A stretch of 53,043 nt of DNA, filler included, from Squatina squatina (lineage: Eukaryota): NCBI GenBank assembly GCA_031763465.1. It is 3 parts of 2 records of this genome, joined end to end, with 100 filler letters (N's around TTAATTAATTAA, not from the genome) between each part and the next. Parts side by side here need not be neighbours in the genome. Positions count along the whole stretch, not along the records: positions 1 to 18,953 come from JARFOE010000080.1; positions 19,054 to 35,456 come from JARFOE010000038.1; 1 more part is not named here. The stretch is one strand, 5' to 3'. Shown here one piece after another: positions 11,274 through 23,475 of this stretch. The position numbers were made by a program, and so were the translations under genes. The notes beneath the pieces were generated by a model. The model was given only the letters and a program-made list of their open reading frames with translations. It was not told the DNA's origin and did not search any database. Position 1 is the first letter of the stretch. Every line of letters starts with the position of its first letter.

Positions 11274-11363
11274 CGGTTCCCCACAGACAAAGCCTACTTT
11301 ATCGCCAAAGAAGTGTCCACTACAGAACGAACCTACCTAAAGGATCTTGAAGTCATCACAGCG
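11274..11363 (+). CDS. FARP1: FARP1 exon at the start of the DH (RhoGEF) domain (RFPTDKAYFIAKEVSTTERTYLKDLEVITA)
   Basis: tttttgcag acceptor, gtaagg donor, 90 nt; AKEVSTTERTYLKDLEVIT is the FARP1 rather than FARP2 form; synteny with IPO5 and STK24. Confidence 0.93.
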
Positions 11364-11577
11364 GTAAGGAGCAAATCAATCTCTGGGTGTGTTTTACGGT
11401 GACGATCTGTGTTGGCCTATCAGAGCTAAAGGTTGGGCAGGAAGGTGGGGGCCAATCATCACTCTTTAGCTTTTAAACATGGCTCTGGATAGGAAGCTCC
11501 TCTCATTCACTGTTAGGAAGTGGAGTTCATGCTCAGTTCCCGCGAAGACTGAGATAGGAATTCGACTAGTTAGTTAC

Positions 11578-11649
11578 CGTGTCCGTCTGTGTGTCTCGGG
11601 CGCATCTGAGTCTCGGGCATGTCTGTGTGTCTGTGTCTCGGGTGTGTCT
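11578..11649. repeat. Degenerate minisatellite built on (gtct)gtgtctcggg units, running into a gap
   Basis: tctcggg recurs three times among GT-rich spacers. Confidence 0.6.
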
Positions 11650-11749
11650 NNNNNNNNNNNNNNNNNNNNNNNNNNNNNNNNNNNNNNNNNNNNNNNNNNN
11701 NNNNNNNNNNNNNNNNNNNNNNNNNNNNNNNNNNNNNNNNNNNNNNNNN

Positions 11750-12050
11750 CGATCTCCTCTGTCCAGACCCCTCATGATCTCGAGCACCTCCATCGAATCT
11801 CCTCTCGACCTTCTCTGCTCCGAGGAGAACAACCCCCAGCTTCTCCAGTCTCTGAAGTCCCTCATCCCTGGGACCATGCCCGTAAACCTCCTCCCCACCC
11901 TCTCCGAGGCCTTCACATCCTTCCTAAAGTGCGGGGCCCAGGATTGGACACGATACTCCAGTTAGGGCCGAACCAGTGTTTTATACAGGTTCACCATCAC
12001 CTCCACATAGCCCAGGGTCACGTACGCCTGTTTAACAGATTTCCCAACCT
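11750..12050 (-). mobile_element. CR1 LINE ORF2 fragment
   Basis: RRFTGMVPGMR...LFSSEQRRSRGDSMEVLEIMRG (ORF 11566..11916). Confidence 0.8.
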
Positions 12051-12639
12051 TGCTGAATCTACATGTCAGATGGCAGATGGTGAGTGTAGCACGGTTTCGG
12101 CGGGACTTTGGACCTGTGGCTCGCGAAGCTCTCCAGCACTGGGGGTTTGCTCAGGTTAAGCTCTGGGCCTGCTGAAGACTCGTGGATAGGGATGGGTTGC
12201 CACGACGACCCCGTTATCACCGGACCAGGCGACAACCAGGACGGCAGAAGCCGAATCAGACGGACCCTGGTCCATTTTCCTCTGGCAATCCCAATGTTCC
12301 TCATCCCAGGGTTGCTCAGCTTGGGGGGAAGATATTCAGAGTGAGGATTGTACCTTGTTGCCTTATCCACCAGACTCGGTTCGGTCTCACTATTCCCCTT
12401 CGGGTTACTTCAGAATCAGCAAACTCAACCGGGTGAGATTCGTGAGCAGCAGAACAGTTCCTGGCAAAGACCCTATCAAACCGATCTCCCAGAGATTGTC
12501 CACTCAATCCCATGAGGACTTGAATAAATTCCGAGCGATCGTGTTCTTGTTAATGTTCATTGATATTGCAGGGCTCTATAAAGCACATCTGAGTTCACCA
12601 GGACCATACTTGGCAAAAAGGGTTTCATTGTAAGGACCG

Positions 12640-12828
12640 CTTGCACGGACTGGGCTTGTATTTCCGCGAGTAGCGAAGATTATGGGGTCATCTAATCGAG
12701 GAGTTTGAGACGATGAAAGGATTCGATAGGGTGGAGAGAGAGAGAAACTAGTTCCTCTGGTGGGGGGAGTCCAGAACAAGGGGCCATAACCTTAAAGTTA
12801 GAGCCAGGCCGTTCAGGGGTGATGTTGG
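12640..12828 (+). mobile_element. CR1 LINE ORF2 C-terminal fragment
   Basis: ...GFDRV..EKLVPLVG.SRTRGHNLKVRARPFRGDV-like translation. Confidence 0.75.
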
Positions 12829-13044
12829 NNNNNNNNNNNNNNNNNNNNNNNNNNNNNNNNNNNNNNNNNNNNNNNNNNNNNNNNNNNNNNNNNNNNNNNN
12901 NNNNNNNNNNNNNNNNNNNNNNNNNNNNAATGAGCACAGTGTGATCCAATCTTTAGGCAATATGTGTTTCATCTTTTAGGAATTGTATTTTTCTGTCATG
13001 GTCTTAGGGATCGCTCTAGCTTTTATGTTGTTATACAGTTAGAA

Positions 13045-13600
13045 GGACCTGAGTTCAAGCATCACTTCTGAATTTGTGAATAGAATCTAGGCTGACACTT
13101 CAATGCAGTACTGATGGAGTGCTACACTGTCGGAGGTGCCTTCTTTCGGATGAGATATAAAATTGAGACCCTGTCAGCCTATTCAAGATGACATAACAGA
13201 TTCCATGGTGCTTTGAAGAAGAGCAGGGAGCTTCCTGCGCTCCTGGCGAACATTTTTTCTCAACCAACAGATGAAGTAGTCACTCATCTAATTGCTGTTT
13301 GAGAGCTTGCTGTGTGTGAATAGGCAGAGATGTTTGGCTACTGGATTGTTTTTAATGTGTTCGCAGGATGTCGGTGTCACTGACAAGGCCAGCATTTATT
13401 GCCATAAGAACATAAGAAATAGGAGTAGGAGTAGGCTATTCAGCCCTTCGAGCCTGCTCTGCCATTCAATGAGATCATGGCTGATCTGCTTCTGGCCTCG
13501 ATAATAACAGTGACTATACCTCAAAACTACCTCATTGGCTATGCAGTACTTTGGGGTGTCCTGAGGTCTTGCCAGGTGTAATAGAAATACAAATTCTTTC
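13045..13600 (+). mobile_element. SacSINE1-like SINE interrupted by another SINE/LINE tail (~13346-13403) and a minus-strand CR1 tail (~13404-13500)
   Basis: SINE head and Deu domain to ~13335; tail resumes at taacagtgactatacctc ~13504. Confidence 0.65.
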
Positions 13601-13619
13601 ATCTTTCTTATCATACCAC

Positions 13620-14684
13620 AATAGAATAATTTATTCTGGTGAAAATGCCTTTTCACTATTATAAAACTAGTTTATCACTTTGCACGTTATAATTTTTCTT
13701 CCCAGCAGTCAGCCATTACTATAGGAACAGAAAGCCTAGTTTGTCCTGTTAATTGGGAATCAATACCTGATAGCATTCAGAGATGTGGAGCAATTAAGTG
13801 AACGAGCTTTCATGTACAATGCATTTTGATGTCGAAACATACTAGCTTGTGCATTTTGAACAAGAACGACAAGTATACAATAAAAGGAATGCCATAAATT
13901 GTCACTTTCCTTGAAGCCATGAACACCACTGATCAAATTCTTTTGAATTGAAAGGCAAATCATGAAATGTGAGAATGCTATCACTGAGGGAGCAGCTTCT
14001 AGACAGGTTTTGTGTTGATGGGTGAAAGATAAATTATTATAATCAGTGAGTCTGTGACGCGCACAAGTGATCTCTTGATACACAACGTTGAAAGGGTGGC
14101 AGAAATTAAAAACAAAAGTCACCTGAACATTAACCGAACTTTACAGCTGAATAAGCAAGGCGATATTTAGTTATGGCCCTTTCAGAGATTCACCCACAAA
14201 ACATTATCTACATAAGCACTCGGTTGCTGATGCAATTTGTACAGATATCCCCCTAATGCACTCTCAAGATTTTTATCTTCAGTAAAAATGACTCTATATA
14301 CAAATATACACAGAACCAACAACAACCTCTCCATCTCCCAGAAAATAAAGCCAAATCAACTTGTAGCAGATACCTGAGGCGCTGCAGAGGTTTCGCTTTC
14401 CATATCCCAGTCCTAAATATACAATTTGGGATTTAAAACAAAACCAAAAATCGATGATAATAATAATCAGTAGGCGTTTCTCCCTACTTGAAAATGTGCA
14501 CTATGATAGAAATTAATGAAAACTAAATTGCTTCAAGCAGCACAAACTGACGGCTCCTCTGAGAGACTTCATCTTTTGACGTCGCATGCCCAGGGGAACC
14601 CTTGCAAGGTTGTGGAACATGATCATCGAAAGAGAACCTCCTCAATGTAGACAACAAGGACTTGCAAGGACCGAACATTAACCT
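13620..14684 (-). other. STK24: STK24 3' UTR with candidate AATAAA at 13630-13635 (minus strand)
   Basis: Repeat-free AU-rich sequence contiguous with the STK24 stop codon; tttatt on the plus strand at 13630-13635. The 3' end is inferred. Confidence 0.6.
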
Positions 14685-14721
14685 TCAGTTGGAAGAAGTA
14701 CCTGCCCCACTTAACGAATAT
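14685..14721 (-). CDS. STK24: STK24 (MST3) last coding exon: (R)YSLSGAGTSSN*
   Basis: Minus strand ttcttatttcag|A TAT TCG TTA AGT GGG GCA GGT ACT TCT TCC AAC TGA; human MST3 ends RYSLSGGGTSSH; expected position convergent with FARP1. Confidence 0.88.
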
Positions 14722-14914
14722 CTGAAATAAGAAATTTTAAAGTTACTTTTTTTTTGTTTATAAATGGAAATACCAATAATGTGATGCTTGATATTGAACC
14801 TTTTTTCAACATATTCGGTAAGGAAAGTAAATTATCCGCTTTTAACATCGTGTTAAACCACACTGTGGCTCCAGTGTTGGGCACGAATAGGCCAAGTGCA
14901 ATTCAAACATCGAA

Positions 14915-15360
14915 AACCGAGGGGCAGAACAAGGCCAGCTGGTCCATTGAGCCTGTCCCACACCACAATGGCCGGAGCATCATTGTGACCAGATACTTCC
15001 TTCTTCCCTTCCCTTCCCTTCTGTTCCTGCCCCTGCCCCTGCCCCTCCCCTTCGCGGCCATGTCTTCTGGGGGAGGTTAAAAGACAGATTTTTTTTTAAA
15101 AACAGCCAATAAGGGAATAATTAAACTCTCCAACCCCGTCAGGTCCAGGAGATCACATGGACCAAGTGTTGTTTGTAAAGACACTGACCTATATGATGTG
15201 ATCTCTGCCCCAGCCAAGAACCGTTCCAGCTGCCTCTGGAAGGCAAAGCAGAGAGTCAGCACCCCAGCACACACCATGGTCTGTGACTCAGTGTCAGGGA
15301 GTGCGTTTACCATTAAACCAACAACGATCCCTTCTCTCCCCACATCACCCTGCCCAAAAC
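14915..15360 (-). mobile_element. CR1-like LINE 3' region (related copy at ~10325-10517)
   Basis: Shared ggtc..t..agcctgtccc.cac and related (tgtgatctc)ctgggagagg segments in both places. Confidence 0.5.
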
Positions 15361-15364
15361 ACAT

Positions 15365-15657
15365 GGGGGCCGAAATTCGTAAGAACCCCAAGGGCGGGAG
15401 CCAGCGCTAGAAATGCGGGCTGCAGAGGTGGGGTGGCTGGCCTGGTCTCAGCACCACACCAGCTGCGTCACGTTAGCGCATTGCGAGTGGACGTGCGCAG
15501 CACTGCAAGGCCTCCCTTAAAGGGGAAGGCTCCCGGCCATCTTGATGGCGCCCCGCGACCGGTACACTGGGCCACCAGCGACGCCGGTGACTGGGCCACC
15601 AGCCTGACATGCCAGTCAGCGTGCCAGGTGAGGGGATGATGGCCCGATCCAGCCATG
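15365..15657 (+). mobile_element. GC-rich non-autonomous DNA transposon end (Harbinger-like TIR GGGGGCCGAAATTC)
   Basis: Abrupt switch to a CpG-rich body after the terminal motif; related termini recur elsewhere in the window. Confidence 0.55.
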
Positions 15658-15757
15658 NNNNNNNNNNNNNNNNNNNNNNNNNNNNNNNNNNNNNNNNNNN
15701 NNNNNNNNNNNNNNNNNNNNNNNNNNNNNNNNNNNNNNNNNNNNNNNNNNNNNNNNN

Positions 15758-16060
15758 GAATATACTCAACTATTAGGCATCCACAGCCCCTTGGGGAATA
15801 GAATTCAAAAGATTCATAACACTCGAGTGAAGAAATTCCTCATCTCAGTCTTAAGTGGCCAGCCCCTTGTCTTGAGATGATGCCCCTAGTTCTAGACTTT
15901 CCAGTCAGGGGAAACAGCCTCTCAGCATCTACCCTGTCAATTTCCCCCAAAATCTTATAAGTTTCAATGAGATCACCTCTCATTCTTCTAAACTAGAGAG
16001 TACAGGCTCAATCTACCTAATCTCTCCTCGTAGGACAACCCGCTCATCCCAGGAATAAAT
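15758..16060 (-). mobile_element. CR1 LINE ORF2 fragment
   Basis: gagatcacctctcattcttctaaact, gaagaaattcctcatctcagtc are typical antisense CR1. Confidence 0.75.
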
Positions 16061-16079
16061 CTTTGAGAGCAGGAGAGTC

Positions 16080-16710
16080 CTCCCAAAGCTGATTTTGTAA
16101 CTATTACTTGATAAATCTGACTTGTAGCTTGTAATTCAAGTTCTGCTCAAGGAGGGAGGAGCAATTTTACACCTGGAGGTGGTTAGAGAAAGGTGTGGGT
16201 GAAGCCTCAAAGGGATTTAATCACAAGAATAAGAATTTAAAATTTGACTGTTTAAGGAACTGGAAACCAATGTTGATCAATGAGGACGGGGTGATGATGA
16301 GTAAGGCTTGGTGCAAGATCAGATATGGTTGGCAGGTGAGTTGGAGTTTACAAAGGATGAAGATGGGAAACCAGCTTGGGGAGGATTAGAATAGTGTGGT
16401 CTAGAAATGATAAAGGCATGGATGAGGATTTTAGCAGAGGTGGGCTGAGGTAAGGGTGGATACTTAGGTAATGGAGAGAATATGTGGTCTGATTAGACTC
16501 TGGTTCAGCACAAGACAATCACTGGAGTCATTTTTAAGAGCCAAACACAATGGCTTCCCAATATTTAACTGGAGGAAATAGTGTCTCATTAAGACTGGAT
16601 GTTGGACAAGTAGTCTGACAGCACAGAGTTGGAGCCATAGAGTTGGGTGAGATCAGCATGCATGTAGACATGTACTCCATGTTTATGGATAATGTCGCCA
16701 AGGGGGCAGC
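16080..16710 (-). mobile_element. Old L2 LINE ORF2 fragment
   Basis: Purine-rich plus strand with gagatcagcatgcatgtag (antisense of a decayed YADD-like RT motif region); strongly decayed. Confidence 0.5.
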
Positions 16711-17699
16711 AGCTTTCTACGATTCAGGACTGGAGGGGAGAGCAGAAAACTGGGGAGAGAGAGAGTGGATACATGAAATAAATAAATAAAACACCTGCTT
16801 TACTTGGCATTCCACTTATTCTCTTTGGGAAGTTACTTAACCATTAATTTAAATAGAACCCCATGTCACCCTGTGAAATTTCCTAATGTTTCTCCTGGGA
16901 AAGAGGCGGGGTATGATGCTTGATCCAGGACACGATAAGTCAATATTCAAATGAATATTGGCCCAGAATTTGCTGGCAAAATAACAGCAAGTTTAATGTG
17001 CACTCTGTTATAAGTGTATAGCCTCGCGAAAATGGCAGCTCACCCTCCCTGTGAGTTTCAAGAACTTGCTGGATTTGTGCGTTAATTACCCACTAAACTC
17101 GCTGCAGAAAGTTAGTGCTGCTATTTCACAAGGTGAGGACACTGTTAATGAAGAGATCTGTGGTCCTGCAATGCCACTCAAACTTGGAGGCCCAGAAAGG
17201 CAACAATTTAAACTGTGGAGTCTCACTCCTACAGGTAGCAAATTGCTCCTAAAGGTTTTTTAAATTTTAATTTCTTATTTCTTATTTTCCTTTCTGTCTC
17301 TATTTTTTCTTTCTCTTAATCTAATTTTTCTTTCCCTCTCTTTATTTCTCTAGTTGATTTGACTCTCATTCACCCGATTTCCTTCTCCCTCATTCGTCTG
17401 TTTCTTTCTCAATCCTGAAATCTGCATCGGTTAAAGACTGTTGGTTCCATCGTACAGTGAGGTCCCANNNNNNNNNNNNNNNNNNNNNNNNNNNNNNNNN
17501 NNNNNNNNNNNNNNNNNNNNNNNNNNNNNNNNNNNNNNNNNNNNNNNNNNNNNNNNNNNNNNNNNNNAAAAACCTCGACTTTCACCAAATATAAAATTTA
17601 ATTGCCGTTTTCAAAAACAAATCTGATGGGAAAAGGATTTAAGTTAAAGCCAAACAATAAACACAGTAAAAATGATTGCTGATAATATCCTGTCACTTT

Positions 17700-18806
17700 G
17701 GCAAAAAAGGAGATTTGCTATGCAACATTTTATAAATCAAAATGTAACAAAGACTATACATCTGGGAAAATGCTTAATGATGAATATTGCACTCAATTAT
17801 GTACAAGAGTATAAACAAAGCACATTTGTAAAATATACTGTATGTGTTGCAGGGTGCCCCAGTCCAGCATTCTCTCACTGACAGAAAGCTGGCCTCTGGC
17901 AAAATTTCTAAATTATTCAACGTTACATTACATGAAAATACTGTACTACAAACTCGAATGTGTACAGAAAGCTACACGCACTTGGTGACCAGACTGCCCC
18001 AGCACAGATAATCATTGTACACTTGGGAATAATTACAAATGCCTCTTACATTCAGGATCCTTACTGCACGGTGACAGAACACCACTGTCATTGCCAGGGC
18101 GATGTCCAAGTGGGGGAAATGACGAAGCTACATGCATTAAGTGTTTTCACATGAAACGCAAGACAATTGCATTTGAATTTCATTCAGAGGAAATGCATCA
18201 GCACAGTGCTGTCCTGCATCATATAAACTGGTACTCGCGGACCCAGTACAGAATCTATTGTGCTCAACCTTTTTTTTAATTAAATGGAAACTACAATTTC
18301 AAACTTGGCTGCTCCGTTGTACTTGACCATATATCCTATCTGAAATATACCTTCCTTATGCCACCTCATTTTGTCATCTTTAATAATTATGTACAGGTAA
18401 TAGATATGTGTAAACAGACAGCAAAAATATTGATGCTAACATTATTTCCGTTTTTTTCTCCAATATATTAAACATACAAAGTCTATACTTTAAGATAGGT
18501 TTTTTGTCGCAAAGCAATGGACCCATTTCCACCACTGAATTCTAAAAACTGTACAGTAAAATGCAGACTAGCGAAGCTTCTCCGAGAACCTTTAAAATTT
18601 TAAATGCATTTCCCGGAGCAGAGCTCAAATGTGCAAATGTGATTTCCTTTGGCTCCACGACCTAGCTAGCATTACATCTCGAGTGTCATGACTTAGTCCG
18701 AACTCTTCCCGCATCCCATTTTTTGAGAGTCTTGAAAGCGTCCTGAGTGAATACATGCAAGAATATTTTGGTATGCCGATGATAACCTTCCGTCCGTGAA
18801 CTTTTA
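17700..18806 (-). other. DOCK9: DOCK9 3' UTR (extent approximate)
   Basis: Repeat-free AU-rich sequence contiguous with the DOCK9 stop codon. Confidence 0.6.
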
Positions 18807-18935
18807 TTAAACCACGGAGGAGGAGTTGGAGATGCCATGAACGGTTGTCCCAGTTGGAGTGCCACTGATTGCATTGAAGATGTGGTATGAGTTGGGCAGG
18901 AGATTGATCTTCATTCCGTCGTCCTCTGGCGAAAT
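18807..18935 (-). CDS. DOCK9: DOCK9 last coding exon (ISPEDDGMKINLLPNSYHIFNAISGTPTGTTVHGISNSSSVV*)
   Basis: Minus-strand acceptor ccttttcttgttaag, 129 nt to TAA; human DOCK9 ends LPNSLHIFNAISGTPTSTMVHGMTSSSSVV; synteny with STK24. Not in the ORF track. Confidence 0.92.
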   Translation of the reverse strand: MSPEDDGMKINLLPNSYHIFNAISGTPTGTTVHGISNSSSVV

Positions 18936-18953
18936 CTTAACAAGAAAAGGCAC

Positions 18954-19053
18954 NNNNNNNNNNNNNNNNNNNNNNNNNNNNNNNNNNNNNNNNNNNNTTA
19001 ATTAATTAANNNNNNNNNNNNNNNNNNNNNNNNNNNNNNNNNNNNNNNNNNNN
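18954..19053. other. Artificial scaffold spacer N44-TTAATTAATTAA-N44
   Basis: 12-mer at 18998-19009 centred in exactly 100 bases; gives stops in all six frames; identical to 35457-35556. Confidence 0.95.
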
Positions 19054-19305
19054 TCGCCGTTCAGATAATAATCTGCCTTCCTGTTTTTGCCACCAAAGTG
19101 GATAACCTCACATTTATCCACATTATACTGTATCTGCCATGCATTTGCCCACTCACTCAATCTGTCCAAATGACCCTGGAGCCTCCTTGCAAGCTCCTCA
19201 CAGCTAACACTCCCACACAGCTTTGTGTCGTCTGCAAACTTGGAGATATTACATTTAATTCCTTCATCTAAATCATTATTATATATTGTGAATAACTGGG
19301 GTCCT
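19054..19305 (-). mobile_element. CR1 LINE RT fragment, well preserved
   Basis: GPQLFTIYNNDLDEGIKCNISKFADDTKL...WQIQYNVDKCEVIHFG (ORF 19002..19355). Confidence 0.92.
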
Positions 19306-21324
19306 ACCTGGTGGATAGAGCCAGTAATTACACAGTGGCAGTGGCCAGTTGACATCAGACTTTTTATATATTTAAATGTGGAGATAGGAATTTATATTGT
19401 AAAATATTGACACAAAGTGAGACAAAAACATAAGACCAGGAAGCAAAGTTTTACTGACATGAAGTGAGTGTACACTAAGATGTTTTATGTATTATAGACA
19501 GATATATAGGGCATATATAAGGTGTTTACAGTTTTGGCAAAGGGTTTACAATGCCTATAATGTTAACCTATATTTTTTCTTTTCAGACGCTCTTTGATCT
19601 GTTTCCAGCATTATCCTTACATTTTTTTTCCTTCTGCGTCCAAACAAGGCTTCAGCCCCTCTGTGTGTCGGTAGGAAAAGGAATTAAATAGAGATGTATG
19701 GAACAGGTAGCGCTTAATCCGATAATTCTGGCTCTAGTGGCTCCCTTCCTAATTGAGCGCTTGCTTAGTTGATGAGAGATCTGCTTCCTCTGTGTAAATT
19801 TGTTGTGTGCCACATTTAGCCGCGTGTATGTGAGATAGACCAACAGACGGTTCCAATAAAGCTGATGCCAGTGCTGTCAGCTTCCTCTGCCATGCTCCCC
19901 CACTCATCTTCCACAAATGTTGCTCCTCGAAGTGGGCGTAAAATAGAATCCTTTTCTCAATAGGCTCTAATTTGGCACAAGGCTTTTAGAGGAAGCTTTC
20001 AGTGTTTTTTTTACCTGTCTGTTTTCTCTTTCTTTCTTGGAGTGAGAGGGGTTAAACAGAAATGTTTATGGGTTTTTAATTTAGCAGTTAATCAATTTTT
20101 AATGATTAGAGAAATGTCAATCTGAATGAGGCATGGAATGGAAGAAATTTCTCAGGAGTTAGATTAACAATCTCGGTCATTCTCAAAGTACGCAGTGGAC
20201 TTCACAGTTTCTCTTGGTTTGAACTAAAGGAGGGGGTGCTTGTTTTGTTAGAGGGAGTGTAATGTGTAAATCGAATTCAGAATCACTGTTGATTTTCTGA
20301 GTCTGACATCCTTTTGTGGAACTCAGACTCAGAAACCAAACTGGGCTCTGAGGTGGTCGAGCTCTACCTCAATCCTGGAGCAATTTAGAATTTGGAGATT
20401 ATGGGACATTCAAAGGACACACAAGTTAAAATTTCTGGATTTCACACACNNNNNNNNNNNNNNNNNNNNNNNNNNNNNNNNNNNNNNNNNNNNNNNNNNN
20501 NNNNNNNNNNNNNNNNNNNNNNNNNNNNNNNNNNNNNNNNNNNNNNNNNAGGCAGCTGCTTAATACAAAAGGCCCATCTCTCGTACCTTGGGTGGTCTTT
20601 GTGGAGTTTTATTTTTTCCCCCTCGCACAAATTCTTTTCAAAGAATTGTTCAGCCTAGCTGGCGCTACAGGTAGGACGCTTCCTTTCCCTCTTGTTGAGC
20701 TGGGGCTGACTCTAGTTGGAGCTGTCCGGAGCTGGTAGGTGCTGTAAATCCCGTTTGGTGGGGTTTAGTAGCATCCAGAGTAACATCTACCTCAAGGGTA
20801 GAGGTGGAGGGTGGGTGGTGTGTTGGGGGTGGGGGGGAGCCCGGGAGGAGACAGCATGTACTCAGCTCATCCTTCGGACTGTACCATCCTCCTGAGGGTG
20901 GGAAAGGGAGGAGGGATGAACTCACGATGCTAGCAGCAGGAAACCAAACAACTAACCATCCCCTCTTTCTGTCAGAGATGCTTCAGCCCTCTTCACAGCA
21001 TCCTGATAGTTGTCATATAGTTGCTTCCCGTACTGGTTAACAAAGATGAAAAGGGGATTATTTGATCATCATTGCCAGCTTCTGTACATTTCCAAAAGGA
21101 AAAAGGCCACAGTCATAGTGGTTGTTCATTCAGGTTTAAGCCAACTAGATATGCTATGGCAAGAATTCCACTGAAGCTAATTCTCCTCAATGTTCTGCCA
21201 CTTCACTTCTCCAGAGAGATTCATGCCCATAAAATCCAGTACAGTGACAGACCTGTACCCACCATACTGCACCCAAGTGTTGGACAGCGACAGACCTGTA
21301 CAAATACTTGACTGCAAGAGGACT

Positions 21325-21867
21325 AATATCAGGGAGTTGAAAGGGGATCTGGCCCAGGTGGTTTGGAAACAAAGATTAGCAGGTAAAACAGTAAATGAAC
21401 AATAGGAGGCCTTCACGGAGGATATCGTTCAGATACAGACCAGACACATTCCTATGATGGGGAAAGTAAGGACATCCATAGCTAGAGCTCACTGGATGAC
21501 GAAAGAAATTGAGATTAAAGTGAAACAGAAAAAGGAAGCTGATGATAAATGTCAAGTTCCTAACACAGAGAATTATACAAAAAGTACTGAGAACTGAAAA
21601 AAGGAAGAGGGGCAAAGAGTGTGTACATGAAGAGATTAGTGGGAGCACTAAAGTCTTTTATTAACGTATAAAAAGTATAGTCAAAGGGACCAAAAAGGAA
21701 ATCTTCTTGTGGAAGCAGAGGGCATGACTTAGGATTGGAATAAGTACTTTGCATCTGTATTCACAAAAGAAGAGGATGAAATTAATGTCGCTGTAAAGGA
21801 AGAGGGAATAAAGTTAGCAAGTCACCTGATCCAGGTGAGATGCATCCGAGGTTGCTGAGGGAAGCTA
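21325..21867 (+). mobile_element. Decayed CR1 ORF2 (endonuclease-RT linker region)
   Basis: ELKGDLAQVVWKQRLAGKTVNEQ and LNKYFASVFTKEE-like segments. Confidence 0.75.
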
Positions 21868-22065
21868 NNNNNNNNNNNNNNNNNNNNNNNNNNNNNNNNN
21901 NNNNNNNNNNNNNNNNNNNNNNNNNNNNNNNNNNNNNNNNNNNNNNNNNNNNNNNNNNNNNNNNNNNAGCACGTGCGTAACCTGAAATCTAATTTCATTG
22001 GTTATTGATCAAGATATAATTTTCAGGAAGTAAATTAAAAATAATTTCATCCCCCTTTGTTCTTT

Positions 22066-22465
22066 GTGGGTTTAAGTTCCACTCCAAAGACTTGAGCACA
22101 AAGATCTAGGTGTGCAGTACTGAGGGAGTGTTGCACTGTCGGAGGTGCCGTCTCTTGGATGAGACATTAAACCAATGCCCCGTCTGCTCTCTCAGGTGGA
22201 CGTAAAAGATCCCACAGAACTATGAAGAGCAGGGGAGTTATCCACGGTGTCCTAGCCAATATTTATCCATCAACCAACATCACTAAAAACAGATTATCTG
22301 GTCTTTAGCACATTGCTGTTTGTGGGAGCTTGCTATGTGCAAATTGGCTGCCGTGTTTTCTACATTACAACAGTGACTACACTCCAAAAGTACTTCATTG
22401 TCTGTAAAGCGCTGTGGGACATCTGGTGGTTGTGAAAGACGCTACAGAAATGCAAGTCTTCTTTT
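22066..22465 (+). mobile_element. Near full-length SacSINE1-like DeuSINE
   Basis: B-box-like gggtttaagttcc, gcagtactgagggagtgttgcactgtcggaggtgccgtc core, Deu domain gtttgtgggagcttgctatgtgcaaattggctgcc, tail aaatgcaagtcttcttttt. Confidence 0.85.
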
Positions 22466-22469
22466 TTTT

Positions 22470-22631
22470 AATATGCTCCTTCAAACTTACCTCTTTGACT
22501 AAGTATTTAATCACCTGCCTTAATATCTCCTTGTGTGGCTCAGCGTCAAGTTTTGTTTGATAATCGCTGCCGTGAAGCACCTTGGCTCATTTTCACTGCG
22601 TTAGAGGTGCTGTGTAAATGCAAGTTGTTGC
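22470..22631 (+). mobile_element. L2 LINE 3' end fragment
   Basis: Ends taaatgcaagttgttg like the other L2 tails. Confidence 0.7.
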
Positions 22632-23475
22632 TCATTCTGGGCCAGCAAAACTACCCACGTTTGTAAACGTGCTCCCTAAACTTCACTCGTCGGTGCGGGG
22701 GGGGTGGAAGAAAGGGAATTGCGGAGATTTCCAACACCACTATAGTGGGACAGCCCCATGGGCTTTGGGAGCCATCGAGAAGCTGTGCGAAAGAATCATT
22801 TAAAAGCTGAATCTGTTGCAATGGTGTGCGAGCAGATTCCTGTTGCAGTAGAAGGGGACATGCGATCCCCCTCTGCTGCGAGAGATTGCTGGCCGGTGAT
22901 ATACACCCCTATACAGTTACATCTCTTAAACCTCTCACATGGCCTAATTTAGTAACAGCATGAATCAGTATAGATAAACTATACATCACCTCAAGACGTT
23001 TGATGTAAGGTTCCCATAAATATCAACTGGGAACGCCTTCGGCAGGGAGTACTTCTGTAACCCTTTGAGTTCTGAGCTGGGTTTTTCGCTTAGATTTCTC
23101 TGCGCTCACGCCCTTCATTTTACTCTTACATATTTCAACAAAACATTTCGATAGCTGTGGCATACCAAGGGAGGAGAGGGGGTGTCAAGAGCATGGAAAC
23201 TTCCCAGCACATGAAGACAGAGTGAGTGTCTCAGGCCCACTGCACGCATGGAAACTAACGTGGGCCAATTTCTCTGACGTGGAAGTAGCCACGGAATGCA
23301 AGTAGCAATCAGACACAATTAAGGTGACACAGATAAGTGTTTCATTTGTAAATAGACAGTCTCAGAAAATGTGTTNNNNNNNNNNNNNNNNNNNNNNNNN
23401 NNNNNNNNNNNNNNNNNNNNNNNNNNNNNNNNNNNNNNNNNNNNNNNNNNNNNNNNNNNNNNNNNNNNNNNNNNN

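Noticed and set aside
14722-17700. Apparent loss of SLC15A1 between STK24 and DOCK9, and of most exons of every gene
   Set aside because: Most of the locus is missing in gaps, so absence is uninformative.
18998-19009. TTAATTAATTAA as a homeodomain site or piggyBac TTAA target
   Set aside because: Centred in N runs twice with identical geometry; it is a synthetic linker.
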